Shown here: positions 18,861 to 28,423 of the stretch, one piece after another | How the letters are laid out: each line of letters opens with the position of its first letter | Position numbering within the stretch: the first letter of the stretch is position 1 | From: Burkholderiales bacterium | GTDB taxonomy: Bacteria; Patescibacteriota; Minisyncoccia; Phycocordibacterales; UBA9973 | NCBI GenBank assembly: GCA_023701005.1 | Contig: JAMPXW010000003.1 | Location: 9,148 to 73,147 of the forward strand | DNA length: 64,000 nt | Reading direction: 5' to 3' | The notes under the pieces: model-generated | Databases searched by the model: none | What the model was told of the DNA's origin: nothing | Seen by the model: only the letters and a program-made list of their open reading frames with translations | Translations under genes and position numbers: made by a program

Positions 18861-19052
18861 TTATTTATTCTTTTTTACTTCCCTCCTAAATAGAAAAATA
18901 CCAGCAACAAATAAAACAAAACCCAGTAGCTGTGCGCCTGGGCTATCATCGTATCCCCCGTATACAAACATAAATATTCCAAACAATACTGCCAATATGG
19001 AATATGTTATTTTAAATTTATTCATATATAAATAAAAATTATTTTTCGACAA
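18861..19052 (-). CDS. small membrane protein, 63 aa
   Basis: two hydrophobic helices. Confidence 0.35.
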   Translation of the reverse strand: MSKNNFYLYMNKFKITYSILAVLFGIFMFVYGGYDDSPGAQLLGFVLFVAGIFLFRREVKKNK

Positions 19053-19485
19053 TTTCTTTCAACTTAGAAATAAAAGCTTTTTCCCAAAACTTCATTGAAT
19101 AAGAACCCAAAAGTGGCTTAGCTATAAACCTTAATAGCTTGTTGTGAATATCAACACCATAAAAGTAACCAATCTTCGTTCCTTCATTTGTCTCCTCCAT
19201 TAAAAATTCTTCATGTCCAGATATGCCCAATTTTGAATTCTCATTATCAGAAATATATCCCCTTCCAGGAATAATTTCTGTCTTCATTTTAACTGGGAAA
19301 ACCATACCGAAAGATTTTGCTTTTGCATCAATTTCTAATTTATTACCATCTTTTTTAGTAATGACTAATGACTCTGCAACAGTCGGAAAATTTTTAGGCA
19401 TATTTTCAAAATCACTGATAATTTCAAAAACTTTACCCATGGGGGCTTTTATAAACCAAGAACCTTTTAGATTAATATGTTTCAT
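19039..19485 (-). CDS. SRPBCC (polyketide cyclase/START-like) domain protein
   Basis: 148 aa, pattern typical of Bet v1-like fold proteins; weak. Confidence 0.4.
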   Translation of the reverse strand: MKHINLKGSWFIKAPMGKVFEIISDFENMPKNFPTVAESLVITKKDGNKLEIDAKAKSFGMVFPVKMKTEIIPGRGYISDNENSKLGISGHEEFLMEETNEGTKIGYFYGVDIHNKLLRFIAKPLLGSYSMKFWEKAFISKLKEIVEK

Positions 19486-19489
19486 TGTT

Positions 19490-20170
19490 TTACATTAATC
19501 TTCTACCCTTACGACTAATTGTAATTTCTGTTATTTCTACCTGTTTCGGCAATCTTAATAAATAAAAAACTATACCAGCTACATCTTTTGTATCCATCCA
19601 CTCTGTTGGATCTTCTATTTTCTTTCCATAATCTTTTTCATGCATTTGTGTGTTCATACCACCACAGTGGACATATATCATTCTACTTTTTGTTTTTGAT
19701 AACTCTAATCCAAGATTGTAAGAACCACCCCTTAATCCATATTTAGTTGAAGTGTATGCTAGTTGGTCAACAAATCCAGCTTTCAAATCTGCTGTCGTTC
19801 CTATATTTAATATATCAGCCTCATTTTTTACAATGTTATCAAACAGAGAAGACAAAAAATATAATGGTGCAATAGTATTAATTTTAAATGCTTTCTCAAA
19901 TTTAGAGTATGAGATTTCATTTATCTTTTCCATAGCTACGATAGCGGCACAATTTATAATTGCATCAAAATCATTATATTTTTCTTTTATTGCTTTAACA
20001 GTATTATCAATGTCTTCTTGCTTAGATAAATCACAAGCTATATTAATGACACCTGATACATTACTAGGCGTTCTACTTACATTAATTACTTCTATTTTTT
20101 CATCAATACACAAGCCAGCAATCGATTTGCCAAGTCCGTCACTAGCTCCTAAAATAATCACTTTTTTCAT
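19490..20170 (-). CDS. short-chain dehydrogenase/reductase (SDR)
   Basis: ILGASDGLGKSIA glycine-rich NAD(P) motif, YTSTK catalytic YxxxK. Confidence 0.8.
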   Translation of the reverse strand: MKKVIILGASDGLGKSIAGLCIDEKIEVINVSRTPSNVSGVINIACDLSKQEDIDNTVKAIKEKYNDFDAIINCAAIVAMEKINEISYSKFEKAFKINTIAPLYFLSSLFDNIVKNEADILNIGTTADLKAGFVDQLAYTSTKYGLRGGSYNLGLELSKTKSRMIYVHCGGMNTQMHEKDYGKKIEDPTEWMDTKDVAGIVFYLLRLPKQVEITEITISRKGRRLM

Positions 20171-20186
20171 ATAATAAAATTATATC

Positions 20187-20276
20187 ATAGGTTCAAACTT
20201 GATTTGTAGTAAGAAAAAATACCTTTATTTTGTAAGGTTATTTTCGATGCTCCGAACTTGGGAGGATGTTTGAATT
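20187..20276 (+). repeat. structured ~100-nt repeat unit, copy 1 (taggttcaaacttg / acctt..aaggt hairpin / gattttcgatgctccgaacttgggagg)
   Basis: shares three-part architecture and ~75% identity with copies at 20899-21000 and 21871-21963. Confidence 0.5.
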
Positions 20277-20283
20277 AATATTA

Positions 20284-20898
20284 TTAAGAGATAAATTTAT
20301 CAGGATACTCACCTAATAATTCTAATGCGTTCAAATATCTACTTTCAAAAGTTTTCTTAACTTCAGGTAAAACTATTTTTCTTTCCCAATCTACTTTTAT
20401 TTTCTTTCTTATTTCTTCTCTAACCCATTCAATCCCCTCTTTGGGCTCATCACTAAAAAACCCTGGATAAAATTGACCGACAAAATGAGATGCTCCATCA
20501 GCTGTACTAACTATCTGTACTTCAATAACTTCTTGAGATATATCTATCTCATTTTTCATTTCCATTTTTTCCCAATATCTAAAAACTTTATCTATAAAAT
20601 CCTCTGCCAGACCAACACGCCTTAATGCTTCTATTCCTTTTTCTTTTGTTAATTTTCTTTCATTTTTTATATCTATTGGCTTTCCAAAATCATGGAACCA
20701 TACTAATGCGGTAACAACTTCTCTATCAGCTTCTTTGTATATATCACAAAGTTCCATTGCTATTCTTTCAACTATCAAAAGGTGGTCAGACACAAACCAT
20801 TCTCTGTATTCAAAATCTTTATTCTTGCAATTTTCTTTTACTATTTCTTTAAATTTGTTTAATTTATCTTCCATAATTTTATTATACACTAAAACCAT
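20284..20898 (-). CDS. HD-domain phosphohydrolase
   Basis: H...HD...D pattern: SDHLLIVERIAMEL ... ALVWFHDFGKP. Confidence 0.65.
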   Translation of the reverse strand: MVLVYNKIMEDKLNKFKEIVKENCKNKDFEYREWFVSDHLLIVERIAMELCDIYKEADREVVTALVWFHDFGKPIDIKNERKLTKEKGIEALRRVGLAEDFIDKVFRYWEKMEMKNEIDISQEVIEVQIVSTADGASHFVGQFYPGFFSDEPKEGIEWVREEIRKKIKVDWERKIVLPEVKKTFESRYLNALELLGEYPDKFIS

Positions 20899-21000
20899 TT
20901 AGGTCCGAACTTGGTGATATTTCCTAAGAAGGTAACAAAAAATCACCTTGTAAATAAAGGTGATTTTGCTGGCTCCGAACGTGGGAAGAAGTTCGGAAAG
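20899..21000 (+). repeat. structured repeat unit, copy 2
   Basis: ttaggtccgaacttgg...cctaag; caccttgtaaataaaggtg hairpin; gattttgctggctccgaacgtgggaagaagttcgg. Confidence 0.5.
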
Positions 21001-21492
21001 CTATTCTAGGGTGTAATTAAAAATTTTAATTGGTATTCCCTTCTTCTCTGCTTTGTTTATAGTATCTTGTGTTCCTTCACTTTTATTTACGTGAAAAGCG
21101 ACTAGTTCATCGGCATTTTCAATAATCTTTGTTATGCGGTTATAATAAGTTTCCTTATTTAATACATCTTCGTTTCCTTCTATCAAAGAACCTCTTTTTT
21201 TAACTTCTTTCAATTGCGACAAAAGAGCATCAGCTTGGTCTTTAGTTATTACGCCTTCTTGTGCTCTTTTGGAATAATGGTTTTCGTATGTTTCTAAAGT
21301 GGAAGGAATAATTATTTTCAATTTTCCATCTAATTCTAAAGTTCTTTCTGTGGCTATGTAGTCTACCCCCAAAGCTCCACCTGAAACAATCCCGTTTCCT
21401 GCTGAAATTATTTCATCAACGGTCTTTAATATGTCTTCTTTTATTTGAGAATTGGTTTTTCTCCAAGATCCTGCTACTGCAATCCATTTCAT
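21001..21492 (-). CDS. standalone DprA/SMF-like Rossmann (SLOG) domain protein
   Basis: IVSGGALGVDYIATERTL and YYNRITKIIENADELVAFHV..SEGTQDTINKAEKKGIPIKIF resemble DprA core (GxARGID / RNRII..VVEA..SGsLiTA). Confidence 0.5.
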   Translation of the reverse strand: MKWIAVAGSWRKTNSQIKEDILKTVDEIISAGNGIVSGGALGVDYIATERTLELDGKLKIIIPSTLETYENHYSKRAQEGVITKDQADALLSQLKEVKKRGSLIEGNEDVLNKETYYNRITKIIENADELVAFHVNKSEGTQDTINKAEKKGIPIKIFNYTLE

Positions 21493-21558
21493 AACTTAAT
21501 TATATGATATAATTTTAAATATGGAAGGAAACAAGCAAAATAATATAACTTTCATAGA

Positions 21559-21768
21559 ATGAAGAACTTAATTGAAAATAACACTTTTAATAAAATAGTT
21601 TTGGTTTCTGGTGATGGGGATTATAAAAAATTAGTATACTACCTAGTTGAAAAAAATAAATTTTGCAAAATATTGTTTCCTAATAAAAAATTTGCTTCAT
21701 CTTTATATGATTCACTTGGGTCAGAATACTTTGATAATTTAGAGAACTTAAAAACATACATAGCTTAA
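21559..21768 (+). pseudogene. NYN/LabA-like domain C-terminal fragment (likely remnant of a longer gene)
   Basis: IVLVSGDGDYKKLV...KFCKILFP matches the distal SGDGDF...G..V motif of NYN/LabA domains; N-terminal catalytic half is absent. Confidence 0.4.
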
Positions 21769-21870
21769 AAAAGAAAAGGGCTCCTAAGGCACTAACACCT
21801 TTCGGATCCCTTTTCATATTGATACCCATATTGTATTACAGTTGTCAGACAAAAGTCAAGTGTTTGTTTA

Positions 21871-21963
21871 CTTAGGTTCGAATGTCCTAAGTTCCTCTGA
21901 AAATTACCCTTATATTGCAAGGCTTAGATTTTGCTCGGGATGCTGAACAATGTTCGAACATTC
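21871..21963 (+). repeat. structured repeat unit, copy 3
   Basis: cttaggttcgaatgtcctaag; ccttatattgcaagg; gattttgctcgggatgctgaacaatgttcgaaca. Confidence 0.5.
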
Positions 21964-22259
21964 TTATATTCAAAATATAACAAAAATTATTTGCATGATC
22001 AATAAACAAAATGATATAATGTTACACGTTACCAAGCTGATCTGCATACGCGTCAGCCCATGGTAGATAGGATGCGATTTGCTACCCTTTCTCCATTGGT
22101 CATATGACCTAATTTATTGGTCAATGAAAGGTGCCAAGCATTTGCTGGCATTTCCCGGTCGATCTATATAATAAGGGGAAACCAGATTGTGAGGTGCGTA
22201 TGAGCGCACTTTTTTGTTGCGTTAACAATTATTAGTAATAGTTAATTAACAAAATTATC

Positions 22260-23441
22260 ATGAATAATACAATTAAAATTAGAAAGGTTTCCTCGTTTAG
22301 AAAGGTTTTTAGTTCTCCTCAAGGAAAAAGCAAGAATATCTACATAGCTATTCTTAATATAAAAGATTTACCGAAAGAGCTTGATGGTTGGTTGGCAATA
22401 AACCCAAGAGAGTCTACCCCTGTTTCTGGTGTAGCAAAAAAAATACAAGCTTCATTAATCGAACAACCTGAAGCTTTTATATTCAAAAACAGAGGATTAA
22501 CGGTAATGACAAAAAAAGTTAATTTTGAAACTCAGACAAATATAATTTCTCTAGAAATGTCTGATCCAAAAATACATGGATTACTTGATGGTGGACATAC
22601 TTACAAAGTAATACAAAATGAACTAAGCAACACAATTGATGGGAGAAAAGATTTAGAAAACGCTTATGTTCGAGTTGAGTTTCTTGAAGGTTTTGATGAC
22701 TTAAATGAAGTTGTTGATATAGTAGACGCAAGAAATAGATCGGCCCAAGTAAAAGAACAAAGCTTAGAGGAATTAAGAAGTCACTTTGAGTCAATAAAAA
22801 GTGTTTTGAAAGACCGACCATATGCGGACCGAGTTGCATATAAAGAAATTGAATTATTAGAAGATGGATCTAAAAAAGATATTGATGTAAAAGAAATCTT
22901 ATCCTATCTAGTATGTTTCGACAATGAAGCATTCACTGACAACAAGCACCCAATAGTTGCCTATTCTGGAAAAGCTACTGCACTAAAACACTACATAGAA
23001 AACAGAGATAGAATGTCTAAATATACGATATTGCTACCTAAGATACTTGAACTAGTAGATAAAATTAAACAAGATATACCTAAATCTTATAATGCTCAAG
23101 GTGGCAGATGGGGCGGTTTACAAGGAGTTATAACTGAAAAAGAAAGTAAAAGAAAAACTGAGCTACCTTTTATAGGCGGTGAGTCAGAATACCAAACGCC
23201 ATCAGGTTTTATCTACCCAATCCTTGCTTCGTTTAGATCTGTGGTTCGAATTGAACGAAATAAGGTATCCTGGAAAATCGATCCTGTGGAATTATTTGAA
23301 AAAGTAAAACCCATGCTAGCCGAAGCAATTGGTGAACAAGCAATTGAATTTAGAAATCCAAACAAACTCGGTAAAGACGGAGCAACTTGGAGATTATGCT
23401 ACGCTCTTGTGGCACTCGAAGTAGCGAAGTTGGGTTATTAA
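22260..23441 (+). CDS. defense-associated ParB-fold protein, DGQHR/DndB-like (positional analogue of Abi genes beside Type I R-M)
   Basis: INPRESTPVSGVAKKI then LLDGGHTYK (DGQHR-like motif) ~residue 110; own terminator at 23455-23488; the family assignment is tentative. Confidence 0.35.
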   Translation: MNNTIKIRKVSSFRKVFSSPQGKSKNIYIAILNIKDLPKELDGWLAINPRESTPVSGVAKKIQASLIEQPEAFIFKNRGLTVMTKKVNFETQTNIISLEMSDPKIHGLLDGGHTYKVIQNELSNTIDGRKDLENAYVRVEFLEGFDDLNEVVDIVDARNRSAQVKEQSLEELRSHFESIKSVLKDRPYADRVAYKEIELLEDGSKKDIDVKEILSYLVCFDNEAFTDNKHPIVAYSGKATALKHYIENRDRMSKYTILLPKILELVDKIKQDIPKSYNAQGGRWGGLQGVITEKESKRKTELPFIGGESEYQTPSGFIYPILASFRSVVRIERNKVSWKIDPVELFEKVKPMLAEAIGEQAIEFRNPNKLGKDGATWRLCYALVALEVAKLGY

Positions 23442-23454
23442 AAAAAATATTTTT

Positions 23455-23488
23455 CAGCACCTAGATAAAATAGGTGCTGTTTTTTTTA
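23455..23488 (+). terminator. rho-independent terminator after 22260-23441
   Basis: cagcaccta-gataaaa-taggtgctg followed by T8. Confidence 0.65.
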
Positions 23489-23540
23489 AAAAAAACAAAG
23501 TATGAAAATCTTATAAAAAATGCTAAAATGAAAAGTATCT

Positions 23541-25853
23541 ATGTCTAAAGATCAAGATAATCCAAATCGTGTAATTACAGAACAAGATGCTCGCATCGTA
23601 ATAAACAGAAAACTCCAAGAAGCTGGATGGTCTTTAGAAGGTCCGGAAAAAAATGTATTGACCGAGCAACACTCAGATGCAGGATTTATGGACTATCTCC
23701 TCTTAGATCGAAATGGTAGAAACCTAGCCCTAGTTGAAGCAAAAAAGGATTCCATAGATCCATACACTGCAAAGAACCAAGCGCGAGGATACGCAGAAGC
23801 AAATAACTGCAGATATGTATTCCTAGCGAACTCTGAACAATTATATTTCTGGGACTTAGAAGATGGTGATGCTACTCCCATCGAAAGGTTTATATCTCCA
23901 CAAGACTTACAACGCAGACATGATCTCAAGCTGTCACGCAAACCATTATCTTCAATTCCTCACAATATGGAGATCTGTGACAGACCATATCAAGTTAGCG
24001 CGTCAGACACCATTGCAAAACAATTCGACGAAGGTAAAAGATCTTTCCTTCTTGAGATGGCCACAGGTACAGGCAAAACAAGATTGTCTGCAGGGATAAT
24101 AGACCGCTTCTTAAAAGCACATCAAGCTGAAAGAGTTTTGTTTATTGTGGACCGAATAGAACTAGCTAAACAAACACTAGATGCCTTTCAAATAGCATTC
24201 AAAGACAACTATAGAGCTGTACGTTATAAACCCGGCCAGCATGCAGTATTCGGTGGTGCAAATATCGTAGTAGCGACAATACAAAGCTTAAACATCCACT
24301 TCAAAAAAGACTTCACCCCGGGTTATTTTGACTTAGTTATCAACGATGAAGCACATCGATCCATATACGGCGAATTACCACGCCAAGTTGTTGAATACTT
24401 CCAAGCGGTGCGTATAGGACTAACTGCTACTCCAAACGACTTTTTGAAAAATATAGACATAGAAAAACTACAAGATAGTAATCCCCTTAAACTTGAATAC
24501 AGGTTTGCTCGTGATACATACAAACACTTCGGCTGTGATATGAGTACGCCAACATTTAGATACACCATCCAAGATGGAGTAAAGGATGGCTTCCTCGTTG
24601 CTCCACGTATTGCTCGTATGGTATCAGTAATCACCAAAGAAGCTGTTTCAGAAGATGGATGGAATATAGAAATAGATGGCGAAGACTATACCTATCGTAT
24701 TTCTCAGTTAGAAAAAAAGGTTCTCATCCCAAAAAGAAACGAATTGATTTGTTTTCAATTTTTACAAAATGCATTAAAAACACCAGATGGAGCTATTGGT
24801 AAATCTGTATTCTTTGCAGTATCACAAAACCACGCCGTGGCTCTCGCTCGAGAATTAAACAGACTAACTCCTGAACACAATGGTAAATTCGCGGAGGTTA
24901 TAACTTCTCGTGTGCAAGGAGCTTCTGACCTGGCTAAGCAATTCAGAAAAGATGAAAACTTCTATCCTCGTATAGCGGTGAGTGTGGACATGCTAACTAC
25001 GGGTTTTGATTGTCCTGAAATTCTAAACATAGTACTCGCTCGTCCGATTGCTTCACCAACCACATACATTCAGATCAAAGGACGTGGTACTAGAAAGTAT
25101 ACCTTCCCAGACGGCACACCCAAAAAAGAATTCTTGGTGCATGACTTCTGTGAAGTGGTGAAGTATTTTGAAGAAGAATATGACTTCGAAGCACCGTTAC
25201 CTGTGACTGGTACTGGTGGCGGTGGCACAACACCACCCCCACCTCCTCCACCACCTGAAGAAGTAAAAACCTACGAAGGCACTGATGAAATAGTACTAAC
25301 AGAAATGATTCAAGTCGGTCCTGAGGGTGAAAAAGTAGACCGTCTTGTTTATATAACAAAATGGGAAAAGACTATCAGACAAATTATCAACGAAAACCCA
25401 ATCCTAGCTAAACAAGTAGAAGAAGGTTCTGAAGAAGAAATATCAGAATTCTTGCGTACAAATGTCTTCGACAAACCGACAGAATACTTCAACGAGAGAA
25501 ACCTTTCCCGTGCATATAGAGTGTTTGGGGATTTGATTGATTTTGTGAAAGCAGGTCTTGGTATGCAAAAACTTCCGACCCGAGAAGAGCAATTACTCGA
25601 ATTGGTAGAAAGCATCAGAACTGATCACGACCTAAACCTAGAACAAGTAAGGTTGTTAAAGATACTTGTAAGGCAATTGAGCCAAAGCCCTAAGCTCTTG
25701 GCCAAGTTTGAGGCCGGAGATTACTCTTTCCTCGACGAATCGCCTTTCTCTCAGTTTGGTGGTACAAGAATGTATATAGCTGGCTTTGATTCGAAAATTA
25801 GAGTAGTGTTTGATACCGTACGCTCAAGTCCGGCGTTAACAATAGTTGAATAA
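23541..25853 (+). CDS. hsdR: Type I restriction enzyme R subunit (short form, with poly-Pro linker)
   Basis: HSDR_N nuclease-like N-terminus (DYLLLDRNG..LVEAKK), helicase motifs EMATGTGKT, DEAH, LTATP, QIKGRGTR; GGGGTTPPPPPPPP linker at ~25200-25260; noticeably higher GC than surroundings. Confidence 0.85.
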   Translation: MSKDQDNPNRVITEQDARIVINRKLQEAGWSLEGPEKNVLTEQHSDAGFMDYLLLDRNGRNLALVEAKKDSIDPYTAKNQARGYAEANNCRYVFLANSEQLYFWDLEDGDATPIERFISPQDLQRRHDLKLSRKPLSSIPHNMEICDRPYQVSASDTIAKQFDEGKRSFLLEMATGTGKTRLSAGIIDRFLKAHQAERVLFIVDRIELAKQTLDAFQIAFKDNYRAVRYKPGQHAVFGGANIVVATIQSLNIHFKKDFTPGYFDLVINDEAHRSIYGELPRQVVEYFQAVRIGLTATPNDFLKNIDIEKLQDSNPLKLEYRFARDTYKHFGCDMSTPTFRYTIQDGVKDGFLVAPRIARMVSVITKEAVSEDGWNIEIDGEDYTYRISQLEKKVLIPKRNELICFQFLQNALKTPDGAIGKSVFFAVSQNHAVALARELNRLTPEHNGKFAEVITSRVQGASDLAKQFRKDENFYPRIAVSVDMLTTGFDCPEILNIVLARPIASPTTYIQIKGRGTRKYTFPDGTPKKEFLVHDFCEVVKYFEEEYDFEAPLPVTGTGGGGTTPPPPPPPPEEVKTYEGTDEIVLTEMIQVGPEGEKVDRLVYITKWEKTIRQIINENPILAKQVEEGSEEEISEFLRTNVFDKPTEYFNERNLSRAYRVFGDLIDFVKAGLGMQKLPTREEQLLELVESIRTDHDLNLEQVRLLKILVRQLSQSPKLLAKFEAGDYSFLDESPFSQFGGTRMYIAGFDSKIRVVFDTVRSSPALTIVE

Positions 25854-25856
25854 AAA

Positions 25857-27335
25857 ATGAAATTACAATTTACAAATTCAGACATAAAACAAAAAGTAGA
25901 TCGCATCATGTATGAGCTGTTTGCTGGTGGAGTAAACAACCCAATGACAGCCATCGAACAGATCAGCTATTTGATGTTTCTAAAATCCTTAACTGAATTT
26001 GATGAGCAACAAGAAAGAATTTCTAATCTATCTGGTAAAAAATACGAGAGTGTATTCAATGGAAAAATCAGCAAGTTCAGTTGGCGTGTAATTAGTCGAC
26101 TTTCTGGTGATGAGCTATATAACACACTAGCAGAAGTATTCGAACATTTACACGAACTTCCAAAACTTACAGCCACAGGAAAAACCCTATTCCGCCAAGC
26201 TCACTTAAAGATATACAATCGCCCTACCCTAAAATCAGTAGTGAGTATTATAGATGGAATGGACTACAACAATGCTGAAAAATACGACACAGATGTCAAA
26301 GGAGATATGTATGAATATCTCTTAAACAGAATAGCTGTGGCCGGTACAAACGGACAATTCAGGACTCCACGTCACATCATCAAGGCTATGGTTGAATTAA
26401 GTAAACCAAAACCATCAGATCTAATACTGGACCCGGCTTGTGGTACTGCTGGATTTTTGATTGAAGCATACAAACACATACTCAAAGAAAATACTTCAAA
26501 AGAAGAATTAGCTGAAGGAAATGAAAATGGTGACGAACTATCACCTGCACAACATGAATTCCTAAAAACAAAAGCTATCAATGGTTTTGACAACGATGCA
26601 GACATGATTAAAGTAGCGGTAATGAATTTATACCTTCATGATTTAGCTCAATCAAATGTAATAAACTTCGATCCACTAACTCTTCCAGAAGAAAAGAAAA
26701 AGAAATACGATTTGATACTCGCAAACCCTCCTTTCGCTGGTAATATAAACCCTGAAGCAATCCAAGAAGACATTGGATTAAGTACTACAAAAACAGAATT
26801 ACTATTCTTGAAATACATGTATGACCATCTAGCTGATGGTGGTAGATGCGCAGTGATTGTGCCTGAAGGAATCTTATTCGGGTCTACAGGCGCTCACAAA
26901 AAAATGCGTGAACTAATGATGGACACATGCAAAATAGATGCAGTAATCAGTCTTCCCTCTGGAGTATTCAAACCATATGCGGGAGTAAAAACTGCGATAA
27001 TCTTGTACACGAAAGGTGGTAAAACTGACAAGGTCTGGTTTTATGAAGTAGTTGGTGATGGATTTACTCTTGATGATAAAAGAAACCCAGACCCAAAGAA
27101 TGACAACCTAAAGGATTTATTCAAGGCTTTCGAAAAGAAAGAAGCTGGCCCGTATAGTTGGATAGTAAAAAGAGATGAAATAGTAGCTGAAGAATACAAC
27201 CTCACAGCATCACGATACAAACCTGCAAGCACTGAAGTCATAAACCACCGAGACCCTAAAGAGATCATTACAGAGGTAATGAAACTTGAAAAAGAAATAG
27301 TCGAGGGTCTTGAAAATCTAAAGAAAAAGATATGA
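25857..27335 (+). CDS. hsdM: Type I R-M N6-adenine DNA methyltransferase subunit
   Basis: HsdM N-domain, AdoMet motif DPACGTAGF, catalytic NPPF. Confidence 0.9.
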   Translation: MKLQFTNSDIKQKVDRIMYELFAGGVNNPMTAIEQISYLMFLKSLTEFDEQQERISNLSGKKYESVFNGKISKFSWRVISRLSGDELYNTLAEVFEHLHELPKLTATGKTLFRQAHLKIYNRPTLKSVVSIIDGMDYNNAEKYDTDVKGDMYEYLLNRIAVAGTNGQFRTPRHIIKAMVELSKPKPSDLILDPACGTAGFLIEAYKHILKENTSKEELAEGNENGDELSPAQHEFLKTKAINGFDNDADMIKVAVMNLYLHDLAQSNVINFDPLTLPEEKKKKYDLILANPPFAGNINPEAIQEDIGLSTTKTELLFLKYMYDHLADGGRCAVIVPEGILFGSTGAHKKMRELMMDTCKIDAVISLPSGVFKPYAGVKTAIILYTKGGKTDKVWFYEVVGDGFTLDDKRNPDPKNDNLKDLFKAFEKKEAGPYSWIVKRDEIVAEEYNLTASRYKPASTEVINHRDPKEIITEVMKLEKEIVEGLENLKKKI

Positions 27336-28423
27336 CATGGGAAACGATACAATTCGACAAAATAATTACTTCATATGGTGTTGGTAAAAATGGTCTATCT
27401 AAAAAAGATTGGAGTGAAGATGACAAATATCCAGTAATAGGACAAGGCGCTGATTTCATAGAAGGTTGGACAAACAGAGAAGATTTGGTAATTAATCCTG
27501 ATTCTGAGGGTTTAGTTATTTATGGTGGACACACACGAAGAGCAAAATATATAACTACACCTTTTGTGCCCGGTCCTAATGTGAAAATACTAAAAACACC
27601 TCCTGAGATAAAACCTAGATTTTTATTCTACTTTCTTAATTCTGCAGAAATACCAAATAAAGGGTATGCGGATCACTTTCCTCTTGTAAAAAGAATTAAA
27701 GTACCTATACCTTCCATAAAAGAGCAAGAAAGAATTGTAGCTCTTCTTGAGCAAGCTGAGGAATTAAAAAACAAAAGAGCTGAGGCAGATCAAAAAATGG
27801 AAGAACTAGTCCCTGCATTATTTAATGATATGTTCGGGAATTTGTCACAATGGCCAAAAATCAAACTCAGAGATATAGCAATTGTTAAAATAGGCCCCTT
27901 TGGGACACAATTACATAAACATGATTACATAGAAAATGGCACCCCCATTGTTAACCCTACTCATATAGTTGAAGGTAAAATAATTGTAAATCAATCATTT
28001 ACTATCAGTGAAGAAAAGACCAAAGAAATTAATCAGTATATTATGCATACCGGAGATATCGTGCTAGCAAGAAGGGGTGAAATGGGAAGATCTGCGATAG
28101 TCTCTGAAAAAGAAGATGGCTACTTGTGCGGTACAGGTAGTTTGTTTATAACTCCAACTAACCAAATTAATCCATATTTTCTAAACACAATTTTTTCTTC
28201 AATTCAAATGAAAAAAACATTAGAGGAAAATGCTCGTGGCGTGACAATGAAAAACTTAAATATCAATATCGTTGAAAATATATGTATTTCAAACCCACCC
28301 ATAGAATTACAAAACCAATACGAGAGAACTATTAAAGAACTTATGTTCTTAAAACATAAACAAGAAGAATCGGTCAATAAATTAAAAGAACTATTTACGG
28401 CTATTCTAACAAAAAGCATATGA
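27332..28423 (+). CDS. hsdS: Type I R-M specificity subunit (two target-recognition domains)
   Basis: two TRD halves separated by conserved coiled region (EQERIVALLEQAEELK); start overlaps hsdM stop (ATGA). Confidence 0.85.
   Translation: MTWETIQFDKIITSYGVGKNGLSKKDWSEDDKYPVIGQGADFIEGWTNREDLVINPDSEGLVIYGGHTRRAKYITTPFVPGPNVKILKTPPEIKPRFLFYFLNSAEIPNKGYADHFPLVKRIKVPIPSIKEQERIVALLEQAEELKNKRAEADQKMEELVPALFNDMFGNLSQWPKIKLRDIAIVKIGPFGTQLHKHDYIENGTPIVNPTHIVEGKIIVNQSFTISEEKTKEINQYIMHTGDIVLARRGEMGRSAIVSEKEDGYLCGTGSLFITPTNQINPYFLNTIFSSIQMKKTLEENARGVTMKNLNINIVENICISNPPIELQNQYERTIKELMFLKHKQEESVNKLKELFTAILTKSI

Noticed and set aside
20187-21963. Integron-like gene-cassette array (repeats as attC sites)
   Set aside because: No intI integrase or attI was found. 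The repeats lack the R''/R' RYYYAAC...GTTRRRY core sites. The genes are not all in one orientation relative to the repeats.
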